From Dipteris shenzhenensis (lineage: Eukaryota), in assembly GCA_047967505.1 (NCBI GenBank), contig CM106538.1: a stretch of DNA of 64,000 nucleotides; one strand, written 5' to 3'. Below the pieces are notes generated by a model. That model was given only the letters and a program-made list of their open reading frames with translations. It did no database searches and was not told where the DNA came from. Shown in pieces: positions 1 through 12,220 of this stretch (position 1 is the first letter of the stretch; the number at the start of each line of letters is the position of its first letter). Position numbers and translations under genes: made by a program.

Positions 1-1565
1 ATGGCTAGACATAGTTCACTATCATCCAAGCAAAGCCTAATACATAGGTGCTCCAAGTGGCTTCATCAAGGATTCCTCATCCATGTACATGGTACAGGTT
101 GCAAATGAGTTGTGAGCATTGTTTTGTGTCATAGGACATCTAAGATAACAAGGAGGTTTTGAGGGATGACTTTTAGCTTTTGGATGATGACTCACAAGTG
201 AGTGTTTGTACAAGTGTAAAAAGTAAATGCATCAATGGGCTTCTAGCACACTTGTACCATGTGTATGTATATTAAATGTGTATGATACTTAGTAGATATA
301 TTAGTGCTAGTAAGATCAATGTGCTCACAAGTTTTGATGTATATTGGATATCATTTGCATGGTTGGCCATGCATGTTTCCTTGTATTCACCATGTATCAA
401 GCATAATTATTTGAAAAGATGTAGCAGTGGGATTCTACCATCATAGGTGTATGTATCAGAGATGGATACAATCCTTTGAAAAGGCCTTAATGTTAATAAG
501 ATCCATGTTCTCACAAATTTTAATGTGCATCTTTCCTTTTCTTTCACCTCTGGGGGGTCCATTGAGGGTCCCACATTGTATGTAAATGTAGCATGTGGGT
601 TCAACAATTTTTTAAAATTTGGGTATGGAAAAAAATCATAGGCTTGTATAAAAAAAGGAGTTTTAATAATATCTCTTAAACACAACACATGTCATTATGA
701 CAATTCATTTTCCATGGGTCATGACTATACAAAGAGGTTTTTACCCAAGACTTCATTGGACGTGCTCAATACTTTCATCTTTCAAATGACTAGAATTTGA
801 GTGCATTGTAATTTTGGAAGGTCTTGTGAAATATATATATTTTTTTGAAATATCGATGTCAAAATAAAGTCCTATAGAGGAATTGATATAGACATAAATA
901 TAGAATCTATATCTCATCTATATAGATACTATAGAGGATTCAAGTCCCGATGTGAATACTGATGCAACTACCATTGAAAAATCAAATCTACACTTTTCTA
1001 ATGCTCGAATATATTTTTCAAAGCTCCATCATTTGGACCCAATTAGATTTCTAGGAGAAATATAACGAAGATGGGCCTTTGGAAAATATAATGTAGATGG
1101 GCCTTTGGGTAGTAGCAAGATATACTCCTATTCCATCTTCCCTAGTCTTAACTTGCTCCCTCACTTGTTTTCTTTACTAACAACTATAATGATGATTATT
1201 GATAGAAATAGAGCATGTGCACACGTATAATTTTCTTGTTTGTTTTTCCATTTTTGTAAAATACCAACATATTTAAGGTGAAGATGGTTTGTGTACAGAT
1301 GGTTAGACATAGCCCACCATCATCAAAGAAAATCTTGATACATAGGTGCTCTAAGTGGCCTCATCAAGGATTCTTTGTCCGTGTACATGGTGCAAGTTGC
1401 AAATGAGATGTCAGCATTGTTTGTGTAACAAGCCATCTAAGATTAGAAGGATATTTTGAGGGATGAAGTTGGATTCTAGATGATGACTCGGAGGTGGGTG
1501 TTTGCATAAGTGTAAAAGTGAATGCATCAATGAGATTCTACCACACTTGTACCATGTGCATGTAT
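1..1565. repeat. Diverged direct repeat: ~270 bp at 1-270 recurs at 1299-1565 (period ~1.3 kb)
   Basis: atgg(c/t)tagacatag...cacacttgtaccatgtg(t/c)atgtat is present in both copies; the second copy breaks off at 1565, where an unrelated TAGGG-starting sequence begins. Confidence 0.8.
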
Positions 1566-1960
1566 TAGGGATTTAAAAAGTACATTTTTTTAAATAAAAA
1601 TACGTAATTTTTAAATAAAGATCATGTCCTAATGCCCTAAATGCAAAAAAATGCGGTTTTTTACACCACCTAATGAATGGAAGACCACCACACAGTACAC
1701 ACTCTTACCACACAATACCATTATGAAAACACCACGCGGTATCTAGCCATAGCAAGTAGTATCAGTTGCCCCACACGATCCATGGCCTATACCGGCAATA
1801 ATTATTAGGACATCAATAAACACTGTCGGTAATGTTCATGTATCATGTGGTACATGTCCAATTGGCATGTGTGATAGCTTGGATCGTCCGATTGAGAAGG
1901 ATATGAAATCTTGTACATTGAGATACCGCATGGTACAGGAAGGGTATTGGCAATGCATGT
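1566..1960. mobile_element. Putative DNA-transposon terminus (hAT-like TAGGG start); partner end not found
   Basis: Abrupt break in the 1.3-kb repeat followed by TAGGGATTTAAAAAGTAC; many hAT TIRs begin TAG/CAG; no matching TIR or TSD seen. Confidence 0.35.
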
Positions 1961-1966
1961 GACAAT

Positions 1967-1976
1967 CTATAAAAGG
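1967..1976 (+). promoter_or_regulatory. TATA box upstream of the kinase relic
   Basis: ctataaaagg followed by a pyrimidine-rich leader, a possible donor (ggtgag ~2046) and a possible acceptor (ttttag ~2883). Confidence 0.4.
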
Positions 1977-2148
1977 ACCCCGCCCCCACCACTACCGCCC
2001 TGCAAACCTATCACTTTCCTGCCACAACTCTCGCCTTCAGCTTTCGGTGAGCTCCTAGAGCTTTTAGAGTCAGTCAGTCAGGCTAGATGATGACTCGTCT
2101 CGGCCGGTCAGACTCACCTCACCTGGTTGATAGTGAATAGGCTATTCG

Positions 2149-2352
2149 AGAGAGGGAAAGAGAGGGATTGAAAGAGAGAGAGAGGAAAGAGAGGGCGGGA
2201 GAGTAAAAGAGAGAGAGGAAAGAGAGGGAGGGAGAGTAAAAGAGAGAGAGGAAAGAGAGGGAGGAAGAGTAAAAGAGAGAGAGGAAAAAGAGGGAGAGTA
2301 AAGGGAGAGAGGAAAATAGAGAGAGGGAGAGTAAAAGCGAGAGAGGGAGAGA
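2149..2352. repeat. GA-rich degenerate tandem repeat (gagagaggaaagagagggagggagagtaaaa units)
   Basis: Directly visible. Confidence 0.9.
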
Positions 2353-3124
2353 TGTTTGTTTATGTCTTAGTCAGGCCAGGAGATGATTCATTTCAGCTGA
2401 TCGTACTCTCCTCACCTCGATTGATGTGTATAATAATAGTAAAGATTGAAGTCAGGTGATATCTAGCATCTACAGTCATTTTCCCCTTGCTTCGATCTTC
2501 TTATATATCATATCTATTTATGTACATAGGCATTAGTAGAGCCGAGTTTTACTCAGATGATGGCCCGCTTTAACCGATAGGCCGTTTCCTCCTGATAAAA
2601 CTCTTCCCAACCGGATGTGTGATTGGAAAAGCTGATCTAGATCATCTTGGTTATGTGATGTTGTTATATGTTTTCTATTTCTACATCCACTACTTGATAG
2701 ATTGACACTCGATAGTGACTTTATGGAATTCGCTCATAGTGATTGCTATAGGAGTAGATCATGCTGCAAGAAACATTCATGAAGTTGCATGTTGCTTTTG
2801 AGTGAAATTTAGTTTACACCTGCATTGTGTCTTTTGAACGTTCTTTATTTTGCAAGTGTATTTTGAATTGTCTTTATTTTTAGGTTTGAGCGCTTACAAA
2901 ACAATTGTTTCATGCACTAGATCACTACACTATCTACACACCCATCTCTGATGGCAACGCAAGAGCAGTTAAAGCATGAGATTCAGATGCTTTCCCATAA
3001 GACAACGATCAAGCACTTGATAGGATTGAGTGACAAAGAAATCTGAGCCCATGCAAGCTCTAAATTTCTTTGCGAGATCAAATGATATCTCAAATACTAT
3101 CACGAGTGAATGACATAGTCGAAG

Positions 3125-4345
3125 GTGAGGCAAATACTTGAACAATTTATCCCTCAAGTATTTGGAGATCTAGTAGGACAATGGATATTATACGAGAAGG
3201 TGAGCAATGTAGCCTTGCCCGACAATGGAGAGGTGAAGCTTGCACTCTGGAGAACTAAATGGAATGCATCACAGATATCTAAATTTAGAAAAAACAAGAA
3301 GGAGAAATGGTCCGTCAAAAAGGCAACGGCCAATGCCCTAGTCCATATGACTAAGATGGCTAGTGGTCTAAAAGCAAATGCTGACCCAGGCCAAGTTGAA
3401 GGGAGAGCACAGATAGAACTATGTACTGCATTTGCTGACATGCGCTCCCACATAGTACACTTTCAATTGCAAGCATTGACCTTGCACATGTCAGTGGGCA
3501 AGGGAGGAGAAGGGAAGGTATTCAAGATATAGGTGCAGGGTGTCCCAGGTCTTAGGCCAAGTCTTAGGCCAACAGAGTGGTATGCTGGCAAAAGGAGCAA
3601 TAAAGACAATGCCCATGCTCATCTAGCACTAAAGAATGAGCTAGCGATGACAATTGTCCATAGAGCTATCTGTCAAGTATTGGGGTACTCCCACACCCAA
3701 GAGTTATGGGTCATCACTTGCTTTTTTAATGGTGGAAATGTGCATGACATGCTAATGTGTCTCCCACAGCGATGTCAGACATATGTGCAATGGGTTAAGA
3801 CCACACATCCTAGTCTAAGAAGAACCTCGCTCTGACTGGAAATCTCCACTCACCAGGTTGTGAGCAAAGTTATTTTGTTGTCATGCATTGCCCATTTGTG
3901 CTGCTATTGCTAGTGGTTTGAAAACAGTTCAAGAACAAAGATATGCACACACTGATCTACAATCAACCAACTACATGCTGGACTTCACGACAGATGACAG
4001 GTCTGTCCGATTGGGGATTATTGATTGGGAAAGAAGCCTCCACTGGACCGAAAGTCAATATCCACAAGACCTAGCTTTTGCTCCTCCTAGGGCATTTCCA
4101 TGGTTAGCACTAGAATTATATGCCAGTACTACTACTTGAGCAAATTTGAAGAGTGCATGGGCATCGGAGTCAAATTGCTTTGCCATTGGATGGTTATTTC
4201 AGCAAATTGCCAACTTCTCATAGATTCCACAGACACTCTTAGTGATAGTTCTGTGAAGGGCCAATCAAGCTCTTCATTGATTGTGGGAACGTGCTTTGCA
4301 ATATTGATCCAAAGGAGCGACCTTCCATGGGAGCAATTTTAACAT
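3125..4345 (+). pseudogene. Degenerate protein kinase (TKL-like), no introns evident in the domain
   Basis: Subdomains in order across stops and frameshifts: VGKGGEGKVF (Gly loop), YAGK (VAxK), HTDLQSTN (catalytic loop), IIDWE (DFG position), WLALEL (APE position), CNIDPKERPSMGAIL (subdomain XI, ~4297-4341). Confidence 0.85.
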
Positions 4346-4399
4346 AACTGCATAGTTTCAATGTAAAAAAGGATGTGGCAATGCTTAGCATTGCTATTG

Positions 4400-5300
4400 G
4401 CGCATTGCCACTTGTGTAATTTTTGAATTATTCCAGCACTTCTCAAAGATCGGCCTCTGATGGTGTTGAACTAGCCTGACATGTGTCATGTGTACTGGGT
4501 GGCATAGTTGCATTTACTAATTTGTTAGGCTCTTCATGACTGTCTTTTTCTGAAGTCTCATGATCGAGCTTCATCCGTACATGTGGCTTATATTTTCGAA
4601 ACTTCTTAGGTTGCGAACTATGGGGTAACTTTTTCACTAGTAAGGTGTTTCCAAGTAAGGGTTCATTTGCTGTGCATACTCCTTCCAGTCCCTCACGGGA
4701 CCATTTAAGAGGCGGTGGTTTTGATTTTGAGGGAGATGACTTTGCAAGGTACAATTCCACAATCCTTGATTGGACTCGTTTGAATTCATTGAAGTGCTTA
4801 GCCTTGGCTTTTTTGTGATTTCCTCCTTCAGCTTTCTCATGGGACCTTCTGCTGCATAATGGCTGAGTCATTATCAAATATTTGACCTTCAATTTTAGCA
4901 TTCTCAATCACTATTTCAAGATCCCAAGGAAAATCTAAGTCATCAGTGGTATGGATGCCTTCTTTAGGTTCATTATCCCACTCGAGGTCAGCCATAAAGA
5001 ATGGCATCTCTAGATCAATTGGTTCTTCATGTGGGAGTGGAGGATCTACCTGTAGTGCCTTATCATCTGTCTATGAGAAGATGGGGTCTAATGAATGGCA
5101 GTTGTCGATGGTTGCCAAGGTTTGTATCCAATTATTAACATTGATTTGTGAGTCACCTGCTATGGCATGCTATTGCAAGGGAGTGGATTTGCTTGAGATT
5201 GTTGTTGAAGATGTGTCATCCAATGCTCTAGGCACAATTGGTTTAATAGCTCCTGTCCCCACATTCACTGTGACTGTGGTGTCACGATTCTAGATTGTTA
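4400..5300 (-). pseudogene. Ty3/gypsy protease-to-RT linker fragment, antisense to the adjacent integrase
   Basis: The minus frame of this segment begins LTIQNRDTTVTVNV (as read in repeat copy 2; copy 1 has a stop at the Q), matching LTIQNRDTTIRVNV directly downstream of the gypsy protease relic at 39140-39405. Confidence 0.6.
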
Positions 5301-6179
5301 GTCTATCACAAGTCGGGAGAAGAAGCCAATGGAGTGGAAGATGACTTACTAGATGCCACACTATTTCAAATAGATGCTATTCCAGAGTGGTGTGGAGATA
5401 TCATTGGGTACTTGATGGCAGGAAGACCACCCCCTGAAATGAAAGCAGTAAATGCCAAAAAATTGATTCTAAAGGCTGCACCCTATCAACTCATTGCAGG
5501 ACAACTGTACAAGATGGGCAAGGACCAGATATTAAGAAGATGTGTAATGCCTCATGAGATGATGCCAATCCTGAGTGAAGTCCATCAAGGCATTGTAGGA
5601 GGAAACTTCCAAGGGGAAGCCACTGCAAGAAAAGTTCTCCTTGCAGGCTACTGGTGGCCAACACTATGGGTAGATGCCTATGAATATGTAAAAGGCTGTG
5701 ATGTATGCCAACACACTACTAAACCACAACACAAAGACTTCAATACCCTAAAAACACTTGTTGCACAAAAGCCATTTGAAAAATGGGGGATTGACTATGT
5801 GGGTCCCATACATCTAGTAGCAAAAGGAACACAGGCATGCTACATCATTGTGGCCACTGATTACTTTAGAAAATGGGCTGAAGCCAAAGCAGTCAGAAAG
5901 GCAGATGCCAAAAGCACATCAAGATTCTTATATGAAAATGTGATCACCCGATTCAGATGCCCCATTGAAATTGTGTCAGATAGAGGCACACATTTTGTCA
6001 ATGACGTAATCCAAGAACTCTTGTCTAGCTTCATGGTAATCCATAGAAAAAGCACACCCTACTATCCCCAAGGGAATGGGCAGGCAAAATCCACCAACAA
6101 AATAATATGCATTATCCTCTTAATAACTTTTATATCAAAACTAGCAGAGAAGGCATTAAACCTAAACCCTACATCCTAA
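5295..6179 (+). pseudogene. Ty3/gypsy integrase fragment (HHCC-type zinc finger + rve core), copy 1, open frame but 3'-truncated
   Basis: EVHQGIVGGNF...YWWPTL...CDVCQ, WGIDYVGP, IVSDRGTHF, STPYYPQGNGQAKSTNK (canonical catalytic E replaced by K). Confidence 0.93.
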
Positions 6180-6712
6180 ACTTTAAACAATTTATACCAA
6201 AACATCTTAACCACCGTAAATCCTAGGCTTTTTTGTGATTTCCTCCTTCAGCTTTCTCATGGGACCTTCTGCTGCATAATGGTTGTCATTATCAAATATT
6301 TGACCTTCAATTTTAGCATTCTCAACCACTATTTCAAGATCCCAAGGAAAATCTGAGTCATCAGTGGTATGGATGCCTTCTTTAGGTTCATTATCCCACT
6401 CGAGGTCAGCCATAAAGGATGGCATCTCTAGATCGATTGGTTCTTCATGTGGGAGTGGAGGATCTACCTATAGTGCCTTATCATCTGTCTATGAGAAGAT
6501 GGGGTCTAATGAATGGCAGTTGTCGATGGTTGCCAAGGTTTGTATCCAATTATTAACATTGATTTGTGAGTCACCTGCTATGGCATGCTATTGCAAGGGA
6601 GTTGATTTGCTTGAGATTGTTGTTGAAGATGTGTCATCCAATGCTCTAGGCACAATTGGTTTAATAGCTCCTGTCCCCACATTCACTGTGACTGTGGTGT
6701 CACGATTCTGGA

Positions 6713-7599
6713 TTGTTAGTCTATCACAAGTCAGGAGAAGAAGCCAATGGAGTGGAAGATGACTTACTAGATGCCACACTATTTCAAATAGATGCTGTTC
6801 CAGAGTGGTGTGGAGATATCATTGGGTACTTGATGGCAGAAAGACCACCCCCTGAAATGAAAGCAGTAAATGCCAAAAAATTGATTCTAAAGGCTGCACC
6901 CTATCAACTCATTGCAGGACAACTGTACAAGATGGGCAAGGACCAGATATTAAGAAGATGTGTAATGCCTCATGAGATGATGCCAATCCTGAGTGAAGTC
7001 CATCAAGGCATTGTAGGAGGAAACTTCCAAGGGGAAGCCACTGCAAGAAAAGTTCTCCTTGCAGGCTACTGGTGGCCAACACTATGGGTAGATGCCTATG
7101 AATATGTAAAAGGCTGTGATGTATGCCAACACACTACTAAACCACAACACAAAGACTTCAATCCCCTAAAAACACTTGTTGCACAAAAGCCATTTGTGAA
7201 AAATGGGGGATTGACTATGTGGGTCCCATGCATCTAGTAGCAAAAGGAACACAGGCATGCTACATCATTGTGGCCACTGATTACTTTACAAAATGGGCTG
7301 AAGCCAAAGCAGTCAGAAAGGCAGATGCCAAAAGCACATCAAGATTCTTATATGAAAATGTGATCACCCGATTCAGATGCCCCATTGAAATTGTGTTAGA
7401 TAGAGGCACACATTTTGTCAATGACGTAATCCAAGAACTCTTGTCTAGCTTCATGGTAATCCATAGAAAAAGCACACCCTACTATCCCCAAGGGAATGGA
7501 CAGGCAAAATCCACCAACAAAATAATATGCATTATCCTCTTAATAACTTTTATATCAAAACTAGCGGAGAAGGCATTAAACCTAAACCCTACATCCTAA
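6713..7599 (+). pseudogene. Gypsy integrase fragment, copy 2 (frameshift near 7197)
   Basis: Same motifs split over ORFs 6713-7237 and 7219-7599. Confidence 0.92.
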
Positions 7600-8132
7600 A
7601 CTTTAAACAATTTATACCAAAAGATCTTAACCACCGTAAATCCTAGGCTTTTTTGCGATTTCCTCCTTCAGCTTTCTCATGGGACCTTCTGCTGCATAAT
7701 GGTTGTCATTATCAAATATTTGACCTTCAATTTTAGCATTCTCAACCACTATTTCAAGATCCCAAGGAAAATCTGAGTCATCAGTGGTATGGATGCCTTC
7801 TTTAGGTTCATTATCCCACTCGAGGTGAGCCATAAAGAATGGCATCTCTAGATCGATTGGTTCTTCATGTGGGAGTGGAGGATCTACCTGTAGTGCCTTA
7901 TCATCTGTCTATGAGAAGATGGGGTCTAATGAATGGCAGTTGTCGATGGTTGCCAAGGTTTGTATCCAATTATTAACATTGATTTGTGAGTCACCTGCTA
8001 TGGCATGCTATTGCAAGGGAGTTGATTTGCTTGAGATTGTTGTTGAAGATGTGTCATCCAATGCTCTAGGCACAATTGGTTTAATAGCTCCTGTCCCCAC
8101 ATTCACTGTGACTCTGGTGTCATGATTTTGGA

Positions 8133-8950
8133 TTGTTAGTCTATCACAAGTCGGGAGAAGAAGCCAATGGAGTGGAAGATGACTTACTAGATGCCACACT
8201 ATTTCAAATAGATGCTATTCCAGAGTGGTGTGGAGATATCATTGGGTACTTGATGGCAGGAAGACCACCCCCTGAAATGAAAGCAGTAAATGCCAAAAAA
8301 TTGATTCTAAAGGCTGCACCCTATCAACTCATTGCATGACAACTGTACAAGATGGGCAAGGACCAGATATTAAGAAGATGTGTAATGCCTCATGAGATGA
8401 TGCCAATCCTGAGTGAAGTCCATCAAGGCATTGTAGGAGGAAACTTCCAAGGGGAAGCCACTGCAAGAAAAGTTCTCCTTGCAGGCTACTGGTGGCCAAC
8501 ACTATGGTTAGATGCCTATGAATATGTAAAAGGCTATGATGTATGCCAACACACTACTAAACCACAACACAAAGACTTCAATCCCCTAAAAACACTTGTT
8601 GCAAAAAAGCCATTTGAAAAATGGGGGATTGACTATGTGGGTCCCATACATCTAGTAGCAAAAGGAACACAGGCATGCTATATCATTGTGGCCACTGATT
8701 ACTTTACAAAATGGGCTGAAGCCAAAGCAGTCTGAAAGGTAGATGCCAAAAGCACATCAAGATTCTTATATGAAAATGTGATCACCCGATTCAGATGCCC
8801 CATTGAAATTGTGTCAGATAGAGGCACACATTTTGTCAATGAGGTAATCCAAGAACTCTTGTCTAGCTTCATGGTAATCCATAGAAAAAGCACACCCTAC
8901 TATCCCCAAGGGATGGGCAGGCAAAATCCACCAACAAAATAATATGCATT
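8133..8950 (+). pseudogene. Gypsy integrase fragment, copy 3 (stops at ~8337 and ~8733)
   Basis: Same motifs in ORFs 8133-8339 and 8352-8735. Confidence 0.92.
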
Positions 8951-8993
8951 ATCCTCTTAATAACTTTTATATCAAAACTAGCAGAGAAGGCAT

Positions 8994-9201
8994 TAAACCT
9001 AAACCCTACATCCTAAACTTTAAACAATTTATACCAAAACATCTTAACCACCGTAAATCCTAGACTTTAAACATTTAATTTCTAAACCTTAAATCCTAAA
9101 GTCCTAAACACTTAATCCTAAACCCTAAACCCTAAACTCTAAACCCTAAACTACCCTAGATCCTAAATCTTAAATCCTTAACCCTAAACCCTAACCCTAA
9201 A
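8994..9201. repeat. Degenerate telomere-like repeats, C-rich strand (CCCTAAA)n
   Basis: aaccctaaaccctaaactctaaaccctaaa and variants. Confidence 0.9.
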
Positions 9202-9488
9202 ATACAACCAAAATTTAATGAATTTTTTAAATATAAGCAACAAGTTGAATGTTGGGATCACCCCAACCTGTTGCTTGACCAACCTGTTGCTCAAGCAATA
9301 AGTTAGGGGTGCACCCCTAACCTGTTGGGGATATTTCCAACCTGTTGCACAAGTCAAGAAAATTCTTTGATTTTTGCAATAGGTTGGGTGCACTATTAAC
9401 CTATTCCACTTGCAACAGGTTGGGAGATATATCAAACCTATTGCACGAATTGAAAAAAATCATTAAATTTTGGTTGTATTTTAGGGTT
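9193..9488. repeat. Foldback core: 29-bp perfect inverted repeat enclosing an array of GCAA(C/T)AGGTT motifs in both orientations
   Basis: aaccctaaaatacaaccaaaatttaatga (9193-9221) is the reverse complement of 9460-9488; internal palindrome ttaggggtgcacccctaa at 9303-9320. Confidence 0.92.
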
Positions 9489-9955
9489 TAGGGTTAGTAT
9501 CTAGGTTAAGGATTTAGGACTTAGGATTTAAGATTTAGTGTTTAGGGTTTTGGGTTTATGATTATGTTTTTAGGGCTTAGGATTTAGGGCTAAGGGTTTA
9601 GGGTTTGGGGTTTAAGATCTAGGGTTTACGGTTTAGGGTTAAGGATTTAGGATTTTGCATTTACGATTTAGGGTTTATGATTATTATTTTAGGATTTAGG
9701 TTTTAGGATTTAGGGTTTAGGATTTAGGGTTTAGGGTTTAGGATTTAGGGCTTAGGGTTTAGGGTATAAGCTCATGAGCTTAGAGTCTAGAATATAGGGT
9801 TTAAGATCTAAAAATTAGGTTTTAGAATTTAATCTATAGGGGTTAGGGTTTAGGGTTTAGGGATTAGAACTATTATATAAGTCTAAGAGCTTAGATTGTA
9901 TAACCTAAGATTTAGGGAGCTTTAGGATTTAAGATTTAGGGTGTAAGATTTAAGG
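9480..9955. repeat. Degenerate telomere-like repeats, G-rich strand (TTTAGGG/TTTAGGA)n
   Basis: tttagggtttagggttag, tagggtttaggatttagggtttagggtttagg and variants. Confidence 0.92.
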
Positions 9956-11639
9956 TATATAGACTATATAAAATATGCATTCCAGAGTATTTAGTGTTAT
10001 ATGCTTTCTAAAGTGTTTTGTTTATATCCAATACTAGGTACGATCCTTTGCAAAGGATTTACTTTAAGTAATTATAAATATACCTAGTCAAAGTATCCTA
10101 CTAGATTAGGGACAAGCACATAGGCTAAAAGCACACCGATTCATATTTTCTTACATTCATGCTGCATGGTGTATCAGAAGAAATGAAGAAGTATGTGATA
10201 AGAAATATTTAGAAGAGATATGTATTCCATATCATGGATTCATACCATGGATATTTGGTGGTTGCTAAAGTAGAAACATGATATGGATTCAATGATACTG
10301 TAGTTTTGTGCAAAGCCTTAAACAAAGTTGAAGGCTTTTGCAAAGTGTTACATACTGTAACAAAGATAAGCAAGTATGCTAAACCTCTTTTAGATTCTAT
10401 GGTTTTAAATACCTACCTCACAAATACATTATCTAATTCTTCATTCTTCGACTAACAAGTATTATACACATGGAAGAAAAGCAAACATACTAAAAGCACG
10501 TGTGTAAAATTTAATATTTCCTTATTTTTTAAATTAATTCAATTCTTTGATTGACTACCTTTTTAAAATTTAAAGGTTATAAGTATATAATATACATAAT
10601 TTTAAATGTTATTAATGTATAATATTAATCATTTATATATTTATTTAAATTTATACAATAGTTACACTATTTTTATATTAGTTTTTAAGTTGATAATGTA
10701 TATTTTTATTAAAACTAAAATTTAATATCTAGTTAATAGCAAGAAGAATATTGTAGAGATTTTTCATATTAAGAACTACCTTACAAATACTAATTCTTCA
10801 TTGTTTGAAGAATAAGTATTATATAAAGCACATATGCTAGAAGACCTCCCTTTCAAGAATATTTTCATTGTTATATTTTTTTAATTAATGTATTTATATA
10901 TATTAATATAATATTTATATTAATTTATAGATTAACAACATATATTTTTAGCAAAATTATATTTTAACATTAGTTAATAAAAGTTTATTATATTATGGAG
11001 TAAAAATATTATAAGTGGATTTCTCATATTAATAAAGTGTCGTGAGAAGAGTTTTTGGAGAGATTTATGGTTAAATTTTGTTTTGAAGTTGTTGCATACA
11101 CAATAGGTAGGGAGGTTTGAGTGGTTTTAAGGTTGAGAGATAAATTTGTAATATATTGTTTTTTTTTTTGAAAAATTGTTGCGTGCCCAATAGACTGGGA
11201 GAGTTTGAGTTTGAGAGAAATTTGTGACAATAGGTTATGAGAGTTTGAGGTAAAGAGGGAAATTTGTGGGAAAAAAGATTTGATGCAAAAGATGGTTTTT
11301 GGAAGTTGTTGCGTACGCAACAGGTTTTTGAGAAAAGAATCGGATTTGAAAAAAAAAAAATCAAATTTACAAAAACTGGATTCTTAGAAGTTCTTGCGTA
11401 CGCAATAGGTTGGAAATGAACTCACCTCTTGCAACATTTTGAAAAATTTGAGAATCCTGCAATAGGTTGATGAGAGGAGAGAAGTGTGAAGTGTGAAAGA
11501 ATGAACTTTGAATGAAAAGGAGAACAAAGAACGTTCTACTTATAGTGAACCTAAAATAACTAAAAAGCCCCAAAAAACTAAAAAAAGCCGACTTGCCCTA
11601 AAAGCTACCCATTTCCTATAAAACTCTACTTCTCCTCAT

Positions 11640-12220
11640 TCTCTCTCACGACTTTCCTGGAGCTCCTCCACCACCTCCCCGCCCACGTACTCCCTCCCTC
11701 CCCTCCCTTCCCCTCTCCTCCCGGTTCCCATCCCCTCTCCTCCCTTCCCTCCCTTTCCCTCTCCTCTCACTTCTCATCCCCTCTCCTCTCGCTTCCTCTC
11801 TCCCCTCCCTTCCCCTCTCCTCTTGCTTCCCATCCCCTCCCATCCCCTCTCCTCCCACTTCTCTCCTCCCGCTTCCTCTCTCCCCTCCCTTCCCCTCTTC
11901 TCCCGCTTTCCCCCTCCCCTCCCTCCTCCCTCCTCCTGCTTTTCCCCCTCGCTTCCCCCTCCCCTCCCTTCCCCTCTCCTCCCTTCCTCCCTCCCCTCCC
12001 TTCATCTCTCCTCCCGCTTCCCCCTTCCCTCTTCTCCTACTTTCCCTCTTTGATTATGAATCCTCTCCCTCCCTCCCCTTCCCCTTCGATCCTATTTTTT
12101 TTGGGAGCGGGGAGGCGGGGAGCGGTTTGGCGGAGGAGAGGTAGAGGCGAAGGTGGGGAAAGCAGGGAGGTGAGAGGGGGGAGGTGGGGAGGTGGGGAGG
12201 AGAGGATGGAGGAGGGGGGA
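11640..12220. repeat. Low-complexity polypyrimidine tract (11640-12085) followed by polypurine tract (12102-12220)
   Basis: ccctcc/cctctc runs followed by ggggag/ggagg runs. Confidence 0.9.

Larger units (their letters stand above)
4806..9062. repeat. Tandem triplication of a ~1420-bp chimeric unit (4806-6225, 6226-7645, 7646-9062)
   Basis: Near-identical copies and repeated ORFs; junctions read aatcctaggctttttt at 6219-6234 and 7639-7654. Confidence 0.97.

Noticed and set aside
8994-9955. Ancient chromosome end-to-end fusion site or true telomere
   Set aside because: A fusion would read TTTAGGG then CCCTAAA; here the order is reversed, the repeats are degenerate and a structured core lies between them
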